A stretch of 64,000 bases of DNA from Promethearchaeota archaeon (GTDB lineage: Archaea; Asgardarchaeota; Thorarchaeia; Thorarchaeales; Thorarchaeaceae): contig JBHLPF010000001.1 in NCBI GenBank assembly GCA_048939765.1, positions 32,001 through 96,000 of the forward strand. Direction: 5' to 3'. Shown here piece by piece: positions 1-8,599 of this stretch (positions within the stretch are counted from its first letter, which is position 1; each line of letters opens with the position of its first letter). The notes under the pieces were generated by a model, which saw only the letters and a list, made by a program, of their open reading frames with translations, was not told the origin of the DNA and did not search any database. Both the position numbers and the translations under genes were made by a program.

Positions 1-2
1 CA

Positions 3-719
3 ATGAAGATGATTGCAGACTCTGATTTCTCAGTGGCTCTGTGCCATGATGGTGATGGTGACCGCCTGGCTGTGATTGATGAGGATGGTAAATTCATAGA
101 CCAGAACAGGGTCATAGCGTTGTTTGCTAGAGATGAAGTACGACGAAAGGGCGGAGGCACTGTAGTGGTATCAATCGACACGTCCAGTGTCATTGATGAG
201 GTTGTTCGCGCTGAGGGAGGTGAAGTCGTAAGAGCTCCTCTGGGCTCATTACAGGAGATTCTCGCAGTCAGGACTGATGGCAGCGTTGTCTTTGCCTCAG
301 AACCCTGGAAGCCAATATTCGCAGACCTCGGTTGCTGGATGGATGGTGTGACTGGTGCAGCTAGGTTCGTCCAGATGATGGATGAAATGGGTGATAGTAG
401 TTGTATCAGGTTGATGAAATCGATACCTGAATATCCCATTTTACGTGACAACATCCCATGTCCAGACAAGATTAAGCCACGATTCATTTCAATGGTCAAG
501 GAGATGCTTGTTCCAGAGATTAGTGATATTGAACAGATTCTAGAGGAAGATGGAATCAGGATAGAACGTAAGGATGGATCATATCTACTCGTCAGAGTTT
601 CTGGCACGGAACCAAAGGCTCGCGTCTACATTGGTGCTAAGAACCAAGCGACGCTAGACAGACTTGCAAAGCTTTCAATGGATATCATGAAGCGTGCTGT
701 AGAAACGGCAGGTAAGTGA
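3..719 (+). CDS. Phosphohexomutase (phosphoglucomutase/phosphomannomutase family), 5'-truncated by window edge
   Basis: Metal loop DGDGDR; C-terminal EDGIRIE..LLVRVSGTEPKARVY motif. Confidence 0.9.
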   Translation: MKMIADSDFSVALCHDGDGDRLAVIDEDGKFIDQNRVIALFARDEVRRKGGGTVVVSIDTSSVIDEVVRAEGGEVVRAPLGSLQEILAVRTDGSVVFASEPWKPIFADLGCWMDGVTGAARFVQMMDEMGDSSCIRLMKSIPEYPILRDNIPCPDKIKPRFISMVKEMLVPEISDIEQILEEDGIRIERKDGSYLLVRVSGTEPKARVYIGAKNQATLDRLAKLSMDIMKRAVETAGK

Positions 720-774
720 ATTTGGAGAGTTACAGTTAAATCAGAACTTTGGAGCATAACTGTTGTCATACTAT

Positions 775-906
775 GCCGGGGTATCCAAGCGGCTACGGAG
801 GCGGTCTCGAACTGTTCCGCTTACGAGAAAACCGCTGTCTTCGGACTCATGGGTTCGAGAGGCCCTAACCATCTGTTCGGGCTCGAGTGTCCCATCCCCG
901 GCGCCA
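775..906 (+). tRNA. tRNA-Ser(CGA) with two introns: 37/38 (812-829, 18 nt) and 59/60 (860-889, 30 nt); CCA encoded
   Basis: Acceptor GCCGGGG/CCCCGGC-G-CCA; anticodon stem GCGGT/ACCGC; variable arm GTC-TTCG-GAC; T stem ATGGG/CCCAT; both insertions fold as bulge-helix-bulge (CTCG/CGAG and TTCG/CGAG). Confidence 0.92.
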
Positions 907-942
907 TCTGTTTCTATTCCGCAATCAATAGAGAGAAAGAAT

Positions 943-1030
943 TGGTGCGGAGGGCGAGATTTGAACTCGCGAACTTCTACAAGACAGGGACCTAAACCCT
1001 GCGCCTTTGACCAGGCTTGGCAACCTCCGC
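943..1030 (-). tRNA. tRNA-Leu(TAG), intronless, CCA encoded
   Basis: Reverse complement GCGGAGG...CAGGG-TT-TAG-GT-CCCTG...GTTCAAATC...CCTCCGC-A-CCA, long variable arm. Confidence 0.95.
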
Positions 1031-1090
1031 GTGTGTTGCATGAAAGCCTCTAGTCTTGATATAATCATTTTGGAACAAAACAGACAATAT

Positions 1091-1225
1091 TCAGTCCTTT
1101 TTCTCCCAAGTATTGCTGCATCTTGGACAGCGGTAGTGTCTTCTGTAGCCGCCATCCCCCATCATCTCTTTCTTCACCATAGCGACTTCTTTGTAGCCAC
1201 ACCGAGGACATACAATCTCTGTCAT
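1091..1225 (-). CDS. 44-aa zinc-ribbon microprotein (CPRC-x24-CPRC), not in ORF track
   Basis: Manual translation MTEIVCPRCGYKEVAMVKKEMMGDGGYRRHYRCPRCSNTWEKKD; GGAG upstream of the ATG. Confidence 0.75.
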   Translation of the reverse strand: MTEIVCPRCGYKEVAMVKKEMMGDGGYRRHYRCPRCSNTWEKKD

Positions 1226-1448
1226 TGTTGTTGTCTCCAAATCGTCCAGCAATACATCCCATATCTAGTTTGCTCGGGTGTGTCTAATAGTTTCATCTCA
1301 TTTGAACGAAAGCGGCAATTCTAGAGCGGTTCATGTCACAATGTTTTTATTCGACTCGTTGAATGTCGGCGCGGTCCGGGGGCTCAGACCCACAGACCAA
1401 ATCGTGATTCTTTAGATTCACTAATACTCACATGAGCGTGAAAGTCAG

Positions 1449-2093
1449 ATGTCCTCAAGAAGCAGGCAAGCAGCGGCAAGGACCAGAGACAAGTGGCGTG
1501 AGAAGGGCTGGTACCAGATACTCGCACCAGACTATTTTGATAACAAAGAGATAGGTCTCACACCAGCTGGTACTTCAGAGCAGTTGATTGGACGCACAGT
1601 AGAACCCACCCTGTATGACCTAAATGGGGACTTTGATTCAATCCATGTGAAGATACGGTTCAAGATTCTTGAGGTAGTAGGACAACAGGCAAACACTGTC
1701 TTTCATGGACATGAGTGGAGCTCGGACTATCTAAGGGGTCTTGTGCGAAGAGGCACATCCAGAATCGACTGGATAGGCCCTATTTTGACAAAGGACGACT
1801 TCCTAATGCGGATCTCAGTCATTGTCTTCACGAACACCCGATCAAGGACAAGTCAAGAACATGCAGTCAGAAAGACCATCGAGCGGATCATAAGGAAACA
1901 TGCCAAGCTTCATGTCTTTGATGAACTCGTTCAAAAGGTGTTGTTAGGAGAACTGGCCTCTGAAGTACACGAAGAAGTCAAGAAGATAATACCCATCAGA
2001 CAGTGTGAGATCCGAAAGAGCAAAGTCCTGAAGGGACCTGAGGAAGTAAAGGCACGTAGGGCCAGACTTCGAAGGGGAACCAAGAAGGAATAG
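1449..2093 (+). CDS. rps3ae: 30S ribosomal protein S3Ae (eS1)
   Basis: DKWREKGWYQILAP, GRTVEPTLYDL, DYLRGLVRRGTSRID motifs. Confidence 0.96.
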   Translation: MSSRSRQAAARTRDKWREKGWYQILAPDYFDNKEIGLTPAGTSEQLIGRTVEPTLYDLNGDFDSIHVKIRFKILEVVGQQANTVFHGHEWSSDYLRGLVRRGTSRIDWIGPILTKDDFLMRISVIVFTNTRSRTSQEHAVRKTIERIIRKHAKLHVFDELVQKVLLGELASEVHEEVKKIIPIRQCEIRKSKVLKGPEEVKARRARLRRGTKKE

Positions 2094-2095
2094 TT

Positions 2096-2449
2096 CTAGC
2101 TACTCATGCTCTCCAGTTTGTGTAGGGATTGCAGAAGGAGTACCATAAGATTAGCAAGCTTTGTCAGTGCCTCTGTGTCGTTTTCGGCTTCCAAGACACT
2201 GGTTAGGGAAGAGAGCTTCCGTATCAGAGTTTCTCTTAACTGCGGAATCAGAACCTTGACTGCTTGAGTTTCAGCTTCTTCATCAGATTCTGCATATACG
2301 ATTCTTCGATCACAAGTGGCACAGTATATGTCGTCCTGTACTTTCATGAGGGGGGAACCGCATTGCGGACATGACTCTGCTAGCATTGTTGCACCACGGC
2401 GGAGAAGTTCAGCCATCTTCTTGACTGAACCTTCATTCGTCTTGTCCAT
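2096..2449 (-). CDS. UPF0148 / SSSCA1-like zinc-ribbon protein
   Basis: KKMAELLRRGATMLAESCPQCGSPL..YCATC; start moved to the MDKTN ATG. Confidence 0.85.
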   Translation of the reverse strand: MDKTNEGSVKKMAELLRRGATMLAESCPQCGSPLMKVQDDIYCATCDRRIVYAESDEEAETQAVKVLIPQLRETLIRKLSSLTSVLEAENDTEALTKLANLMVLLLQSLHKLESMSS

Positions 2450-2622
2450 GTTAGCCACAATAGGAATCAGAGTATTAGCGGATATAAGACAATCCACTAT
2501 AGAAGGTCGACGAGGGTTCATGATACTTAGCTCGACGGAAACGTTGATATGCGCAACTTCAGGTCTTTGTCCTGTTGTTCGCACTCCATTTGTGCGTAGA
2601 GACAATTCAGAGGTGAGTCCAG

Positions 2623-2889
2623 ATGGACGCCGAAACCCAGCAGAACATAGACCTAAGCAAACAGCTTCTTAAGCAGATTTCAGAGAACAACTCGGTTCCC
2701 CGAAACATCAGGCGAGCCGCCAATGAGGCCATTGCAGCACTGGAGAATGAAGCGGATTCACCCGCCGCCAGGGCACAGAATGCAATTGCAATTCTGGATG
2801 AACCAAATCAAGATCCGAATTGTCCCAACTTTGCTCGCACAAGAATTTGGCGCGTATTAAGCAATCTAGAGCCAATACGTGATGCATGA
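2623..2889 (+). CDS. UPF0147 family protein
   Basis: VPRNIRRAA and DPNCPNFARTRIW motifs. Confidence 0.9.
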   Translation: MDAETQQNIDLSKQLLKQISENNSVPRNIRRAANEAIAALENEADSPAARAQNAIAILDEPNQDPNCPNFARTRIWRVLSNLEPIRDA

Positions 2890-2972
2890 GCAATGAACAG
2901 TGGAGCTCGCGACCAGTCAAAAACCGCTGACGGTACGATGTTGGTGCCTTATGCTCGGGCCAGTGTTCACAC

Positions 2973-4430
2973 ATGATTAAGGCAAGAATAAGAGGGATCT
3001 ATGCTCAATCGCTAACCCAGATAATGCTACAGAACCACTTTGAGATGGTGCAACCTACTCCTGAGGTAGCAAGGAGATTTGGACTACCCTTCCGAAGTGA
3101 GATACCTGATGTTGATATCTGGGATCGTAGTGATCTTCAGGGCATTGTAGCAATTGCCTATGAGTCAATTCTGGGGAAACTGACCGAGGTATTGCGACGA
3201 CGACTTGGCTGGGTGATAACACGCACACCGCGAGTTGCAAAGAGCTCTATCTACAAGGGGTTTGTTCTTGGCAGAGATGAAAAGACAGGCCAGACTCGAA
3301 TTGACCTTGGCATCATCTCGGGACTACTTCCAGATAGAGGGCTGAGAAGAGGCGACGATATCATGATCCAAGTTCGGGCGCATGATTATGGACGCAAGGC
3401 TCCAGTTCTGTCGTCAAGCATAACAATACCCGGACGCTCTGCAGTGCTTCTGCCAGAACCTGTAGTAAGACTCAGCACCAAAATCAAAGATCAAGAGGTG
3501 AGGAATAATCTCATGGTCTTGGGAAGAAAGCTTAGAGAACACACTGAAGACTGGGGAATTCTCTGGAGGACTGCGGCTGAGAAGCTCACAGAGGAAGAAC
3601 TACGAAATGAAGTGGAAGATCTGCTTGATGTAGCGCAGAGAATCTATTCCAAATATGACGAACTGGATACAACCGATTTGCTCTTTGAGGGAACCAGTAA
3701 TGCAGATATCGAGTTTCCAGCAGAAGTGAAGGAAGCACTGGATAAGACAAGAGCCAAAATCAAGCCTACTGTTGACAAACATCACTTCTACAAGAGCGCA
3801 GGATATGCACCCTTGGTAGACTTGGTCGAGTTATTGATTGAAGATCGCCCAGAAGAACGAAGATACTTTGCTTCGAAGCTAGAGAAAGTAATTGGCATGG
3901 ATATGCCAAAAGTTGACGATCCAATTAACATTGAACATGTGAAGCTGGATGGGAGGTCAATTCTCTTGACAAAAGGAAGAGTTGTCGAAACAAATCCGCG
4001 GGGACTGGTTGTTCGACGACAATTTCGTCATACAAGTCGCAAGCTCAAACTGCTGCAGGACTATCCAGAAGGAGTGGAAGTCCCTAGAGATGAAGGGGAC
4101 TATGCACTGACTGAAGTAGTTCCTGGCTCTATGACTCTTATCACACAATATTATTCAAAGAACGATGAATTGAAGGGAACCTACTTGAACATCAATACTG
4201 GTGTCGAGCTCTACCCCAGTAATGGAAACGGTCCTGGGCGTATCCGATATGTCGACCTTGAAATTGATGTGATTAAGACTCCATTTGAGGAGAATGGGAA
4301 GGTACGTGTGATCGACCAGCATCTCTTGAAACGTGCAGTTCAAAGAGGTTTCATTACTAATGAGATGGCAAGTCAGGCGCGTTCAAGAGCTGATGCCATC
4401 CATAGCGAGCTTCTAAGTCAGGATAACTGA
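2973..4430 (+). CDS. FAU-1 / AubA ribonuclease (RNase E/G-like plus DUF402)
   Basis: ARIRGIYA start, WGILWRTAA, HHFYKS, GTYLNINTGVE, YVDLEIDV. Confidence 0.85.
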   Translation: MIKARIRGIYAQSLTQIMLQNHFEMVQPTPEVARRFGLPFRSEIPDVDIWDRSDLQGIVAIAYESILGKLTEVLRRRLGWVITRTPRVAKSSIYKGFVLGRDEKTGQTRIDLGIISGLLPDRGLRRGDDIMIQVRAHDYGRKAPVLSSSITIPGRSAVLLPEPVVRLSTKIKDQEVRNNLMVLGRKLREHTEDWGILWRTAAEKLTEEELRNEVEDLLDVAQRIYSKYDELDTTDLLFEGTSNADIEFPAEVKEALDKTRAKIKPTVDKHHFYKSAGYAPLVDLVELLIEDRPEERRYFASKLEKVIGMDMPKVDDPINIEHVKLDGRSILLTKGRVVETNPRGLVVRRQFRHTSRKLKLLQDYPEGVEVPRDEGDYALTEVVPGSMTLITQYYSKNDELKGTYLNINTGVELYPSNGNGPGRIRYVDLEIDVIKTPFEENGKVRVIDQHLLKRAVQRGFITNEMASQARSRADAIHSELLSQDN

Positions 4431-4437
4431 GTTGTTT

Positions 4438-4677
4438 CTATTCAATTGTCCGCATTGTACGCAGAGAGAGGTCGATTGCACCCATCAAGTCTTCAATTGT
4501 TGCACCAAGACTTTTTGGTCCCCGACTACAGTTGATCTCAACAACGAGAACGTTGTCCTTGACTTGTGAATCAATCTCAAGACCGGGTGGCAATGGAAAG
4601 TTATCAGGCGATATTGCCTGAAGAACTTCTTCTGCCTCCAATGGAAACTCAAGAGTCAGCTCAATTACTGCTTTCAT
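4438..4677 (-). CDS. pcc1: KEOPS Pcc1-like subunit
   Basis: 79 aa, AISPDN and SLGATIEDL motifs; conserved position after rps15-DHH. Confidence 0.75.
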   Translation of the reverse strand: MKAVIELTLEFPLEAEEVLQAISPDNFPLPPGLEIDSQVKDNVLVVEINCSRGPKSLGATIEDLMGAIDLSLRTMRTIE

Positions 4678-4685
4678 TGACTCAC

Positions 4686-6029
4686 CTATCTCTTGCCTAC
4701 TAGAGCATTCGCGATTTTTGACTTTGTTTCCTCAGAGGTGTCATTGACTCTCAGCGAATTTGATGATGTGGCATTTGGGTAGACACCCATATCAATTAGA
4801 GATCGAAACAAATCTTGGAGGACAATGGTTCCTGACTTCCATATTGCGGATATGCCGATATCCTTTGAAATGATCATCAACCTATCAGTGTCGACATAAT
4901 TTGCTTCAAGTACGATTCGTCCCACATCGCTCAATATTTCTTCGTGTTCTTCAGCATGTGAGATCATAAGGGGTAGAGCTGTTCCTTCACTCTCTGATTC
5001 CTGAAGAAGCGCAACCATCCGTTCCACACCTGCAATGACGCCTTGTGAATGTGCTTTATATGAATCGAGAAATCTCCTCAGTACCTGCGCCCGATCACCA
5101 AGCCAGATAGCTGTGGAAGCACCGTGTTCAGCTAGAGTCCAAGCAGTTTCAGACATTGCCCTTATTCCAGATAGCAAGCGTGCGGGACTCGTTTCATTTT
5201 CATTGGTAAGAATGAAATCCTGTCCTAAGACTTGGGAAATCACACTAGGATCGAGCTTGAGGGAAAGATGCGCATTCACCTTTGTTGCTTCCTCAGAAGT
5301 GAGGGAGCTAAGAGGCGTCTTGAACTTCGGATAGGGAATATCGGCTTCTTCATAGATCTTGTCACAGACTTCTGGTCTACCACTTAAGTTTGGCAGATAT
5401 GGCCATATGCTGTAAGCTAGAACTTCATTCAAAGGCATGAAGTTGACTCCGAATAGTCTGAACCCCTTTTTCTCCTCAATTAGCCCTTCCTTCTGGGCGG
5501 ATGCTACCACTTCTCTTGCCGCACCTTTCAGCCTCGCAGAGTCGTTATTGAGCAATGTTCCTGCTGCAGCGAGTTGTAGTTCTTTAGAACTGGTTTTGGT
5601 AGTCTCATCAGCAAGGATGTATGATGCTGCAGAGATGGTCCGTTCGTTTCCCATACAAAGTGATTGAGCTTGTTCCGACCCATGGACACCTCCAATGAAA
5701 ACAGGGTAGCCTTTTCCCTTCTTGATGCGTTTCGTGTCTGCAACATCAACTCCAACGACAATCATCGCCGAGTCTGAGTAGGTGCTTCGCAATCTGTTTA
5801 TTTCTTCAGCATACACAACTGGCTCGACGAATGTCATGTGGAATAGACCGCCAGACTTGAAGATAGACCTAGATAGGATTGCTGAAGCGAGTGTGGACTC
5901 AGGCATAGGTGAGCTTACAATTACGACGTGCCTGCCTATTTTGAAAGAAAGCTCTGAATACTGTGTTCTTATGGCTTTGAAACTAGGAGTCCCACGTGAC
6001 TTGCCGCTCATCTCGTGGCTTAAGAACAA
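4686..6029 (-). CDS. Degenerate RecJ/DHH-family protein (catalytic motifs eroded; GAN/Cdc45-like)
   Basis: Occupies the rps15-DHH-pcc1 slot; central GFRLFG..PLNEVLAYSIWPYLPNLSG region is typical of the family; no DADG or DHH motifs. Confidence 0.7.
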   Translation of the reverse strand: MFLSHEMSGKSRGTPSFKAIRTQYSELSFKIGRHVVIVSSPMPESTLASAILSRSIFKSGGLFHMTFVEPVVYAEEINRLRSTYSDSAMIVVGVDVADTKRIKKGKGYPVFIGGVHGSEQAQSLCMGNERTISAASYILADETTKTSSKELQLAAAGTLLNNDSARLKGAAREVVASAQKEGLIEEKKGFRLFGVNFMPLNEVLAYSIWPYLPNLSGRPEVCDKIYEEADIPYPKFKTPLSSLTSEEATKVNAHLSLKLDPSVISQVLGQDFILTNENETSPARLLSGIRAMSETAWTLAEHGASTAIWLGDRAQVLRRFLDSYKAHSQGVIAGVERMVALLQESESEGTALPLMISHAEEHEEILSDVGRIVLEANYVDTDRLMIISKDIGISAIWKSGTIVLQDLFRSLIDMGVYPNATSSNSLRVNDTSEETKSKIANALVGKR

Positions 6030-6045
6030 AGCCTTGATGATAAAG

Positions 6046-6507
6046 CTACCTCAACAAAACGGCAGCTTGGTCAGGACTGTACTTCCAATCTGCATGTAGC
6101 ACATGCTTCTTCCTGTAATATTTCGACAGTCGGTGAATCTTGCTCTCAACAAGCTGAAGGCCACGTTTTGATACAAAGTCGCTTTTGTTCTCCTCTAGAT
6201 GCCTTCGTATCTTTGCAGCCTTGGCAATCATATTGCGAAGATCTTCAGGAACTTGTCTCTGAAGATTGTTCTCAATGATTATATCCATGATCTTCTTCCC
6301 GGTTATCACCTTTACCAGAGGTATTCCATATTGATCTCTAAGCAGCATACCAATCGTCGAGGGGGTATTTCCAGCCTTTGCAAGCTCTACAACCTTATTC
6401 TCTACCCACTCTGCATTTTTCTCCTTATCCAGCCATTCAGGAGTTTGTAGTGTAGAGGGTCGTCTGCTTCCAGACTGCCCTTTGCGGCGTGTGTGCATTC
6501 TTGCCAT
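6046..6507 (-). CDS. rps15: 30S ribosomal protein S15 (uS15/S13e)
   Basis: MARMHTRRKGQSGS, LRDQYGIP, ESKIHRLSKYY. Confidence 0.97.
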   Translation of the reverse strand: MARMHTRRKGQSGSRRPSTLQTPEWLDKEKNAEWVENKVVELAKAGNTPSTIGMLLRDQYGIPLVKVITGKKIMDIIIENNLQRQVPEDLRNMIAKAAKIRRHLEENKSDFVSKRGLQLVESKIHRLSKYYRKKHVLHADWKYSPDQAAVLLR

Positions 6508-6601
6508 TAAGATTGCCTCTGAGTTTCATAAGTCCCAAGAAACCGGGTCAGCCTCACGGCCAATGGCTGTGGATATAAAGATTGCTCAATGACTTGTTCT
6601 A

Positions 6602-7228
6602 TTAGTGATACCTACCACGTTCTCGAATCTCCTCAACTCGAGCCAACACATTGTCTGTTTCATCGGTGTTGATGGTCTTGTAGCCTTCCAGAGCAGCATC
6701 CCACAAAGTCGCTTCAAAATTCCAGTGAGTTGTTTCGAATGCTCGTCGCATCAGATGAAGATCGACTCCTTTCATTTCTACAGTGGCATTCATTTCAGCA
6801 AGTCCAAAGTCGACAATCCATATCTTCCCATCTTGGTTGACTATCACGTTACTGGTAGTAGGGTCGCCATGAACTACGCCCCCCTTGTGTAGTAGACCGA
6901 TTAGCCTCCCGAATTCGCTGGTAATCCTTTGCAGCCTATCAACTGATATCTCATCAACTATCTGTTTGAGCTGTTTGCCTTGGAGGTATTCCATCGCAAT
7001 AGAGTACCTGTGCAAATCGACCCAATACACCGTAGGAGTGGGAACTCCAAGAGCTCTTGCTACTGTCAGCATCTTGCATTCTCTACTCGTTCGGGATGTT
7101 CTCAGAAATTCATCTATCTCCTTCAGTAGGTAGGGTTTCTGCGGACGGTGCTTCAACAGTATTGTATAGCCCCATTGTTTGTATCTGTATATTGTAGACT
7201 CTGCTCCAATGTTCCAAAACTCCATCAT
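6602..7228 (-). CDS. bud32: KEOPS kinase Bud32
   Basis: GAES, HGDPTTSN, DFGL, GVDLHL, ERGRY; ATGA overlap with kae1. Confidence 0.93.
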   Translation of the reverse strand: MMEFWNIGAESTIYRYKQWGYTILLKHRPQKPYLLKEIDEFLRTSRTSRECKMLTVARALGVPTPTVYWVDLHRYSIAMEYLQGKQLKQIVDEISVDRLQRITSEFGRLIGLLHKGGVVHGDPTTSNVIVNQDGKIWIVDFGLAEMNATVEMKGVDLHLMRRAFETTHWNFEATLWDAALEGYKTINTDETDNVLARVEEIRERGRYH

Positions 7229-8217
7229 GACTTTCTCCACACAATGTCTTGTTCATCTGTACGCCACTTTGGGAGGATTGTGGAGTCTGCAACACTAAGT
7301 CTGTCTCCAGCCTCATACTGAAGAATACCAGTCCATGCAATCATTGCACCTTGATCACCTGCAAGGGAAGGCGTGACTCTATGGAATATTGCATTGTGCC
7401 GTTGTGCGACTCCCGATAGAATATCTGTGAGGCGGTTGTTTCGTGCGACTCCTCCGGTCAAGAGAAGCTCACTCTTCTTCGTATGGGCAATTGCACGCTC
7501 AGCAATTTCAGCAAGCATACCAAATGCTGTTTCCTGGACACTGAAACATGCGTCTGCCAATGGAACCTCCTCAGAAACAAGCCTCTTGGCTGCCGTCAAC
7601 ATCCCGGAATAGCTGATATCCATTCCTTTGACAGAATAAGGTAATTGGTGATATTTCGCAGCGCTGCTAGCTTCTTGTTCTATTAGAGGGCCTGCTGGAA
7701 AACGCATCCCCGCATCTCGACCAAAAGTGTCAAGCATGTTTCCGAGGGCGATATCTAGGGTTTCACCAAATGTGCGATATCGCTTCCCGGCGTAAGCAAT
7801 GATTTGTGTGTTCCCTCCTGAAACATACACAGTCACCGGGTCACTGAAACCAGATTCAAGACGACCTATCTCTATGTGTGCGACGCAGTGATTTACTCCA
7901 ATCAAGGGTACATCTAGTCGTAGAGACAATGTACGTGCAATTGTCGCGGTGGTCCTCAAACATGGTCCAAGACCAGGGCCTCTAGAGAAGGCTATCAGGT
8001 CAATGTCCCCACTTGAGATAGATGCCTTTTCCATTGCGTTTCGAATTATGATTGGGCCTATATCTGAGTGATGACGACTAGCCTCCCGGGGATGTATTCC
8101 ACCTTCTTCTGGAGAGAACATATCCCAGATATTGGATTGTACCTGACCATCACTGGATACTACTCCAGCTCCAAAGGAGTGGGCAGTTCCCTCTATGCCT
8201 AGACAGATAATAGACAT
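7225..8217 (-). CDS. kae1: tRNA N6-threonylcarbamoyltransferase Kae1
   Basis: LGIEGTAH, GPGLGPCL, HCVAHIE, YVSGGNTQ, WRTDE. Confidence 0.96.
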   Translation of the reverse strand: MSIICLGIEGTAHSFGAGVVSSDGQVQSNIWDMFSPEEGGIHPREASRHHSDIGPIIIRNAMEKASISSGDIDLIAFSRGPGLGPCLRTTATIARTLSLRLDVPLIGVNHCVAHIEIGRLESGFSDPVTVYVSGGNTQIIAYAGKRYRTFGETLDIALGNMLDTFGRDAGMRFPAGPLIEQEASSAAKYHQLPYSVKGMDISYSGMLTAAKRLVSEEVPLADACFSVQETAFGMLAEIAERAIAHTKKSELLLTGGVARNNRLTDILSGVAQRHNAIFHRVTPSLAGDQGAMIAWTGILQYEAGDRLSVADSTILPKWRTDEQDIVWRKS

Positions 8218-8353
8218 ATTGATTCGATTCCAGTTTGTTTGCATCTCGATTTGTACTTAACATTGACGCGTGATTCAATGCCACGGAAGTTCTCAATTTT
8301 CTCAGCAAAGGCTTTATAATGTTCAGACTTGGCCCTGACCTGAGGAGAAGACA

Positions 8354-8581
8354 GTGTCACAGAATATGCCCATCAAGGCCCTTGAATCCGTTCTCAATGA
8401 TGTCATTTCAATAAAACTAAAGGATCAACGAATCTTCCGAGGACGACTCACTAGGTGTGACATGTACATGAACTTGACATTAGCTGATGCGGAAGAGCTT
8501 GAGAATGAGGAGATTCGAGCCAAATATGGTCAGCTGTTGCTGCGAGGCAATAACATTCTCTGGATTCAGATTCCCGAATAA
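8354..8581 (+). CDS. Sm-like (Lsm/SmAP) protein
   Basis: Sm1 GRL..DMYMNLTLADAEE; Sm2 LLRGNNI. Confidence 0.92.
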   Translation: MSQNMPIKALESVLNDVISIKLKDQRIFRGRLTRCDMYMNLTLADAEELENEEIRAKYGQLLLRGNNILWIQIPE

Positions 8582-8599
8582 AGTCCTCTCGATTTCCTT

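Noticed and set aside
763-1324. ORF-track ORFs 763-1053, 925-1155, 1007-1324 and 1065-1262
   Set aside because: They overlap the two tRNAs and the zinc-ribbon microprotein and show no protein motifs.
2890-2972. Possible sRNA (TGAACA/TGTTCA stem, CTGA..CGATG K-loop-like motif, trailing ACA)
   Set aside because: No convincing C or D box or pseudouridylation pocket, and the guide register did not fit a target I could identify; needs a covariance search.
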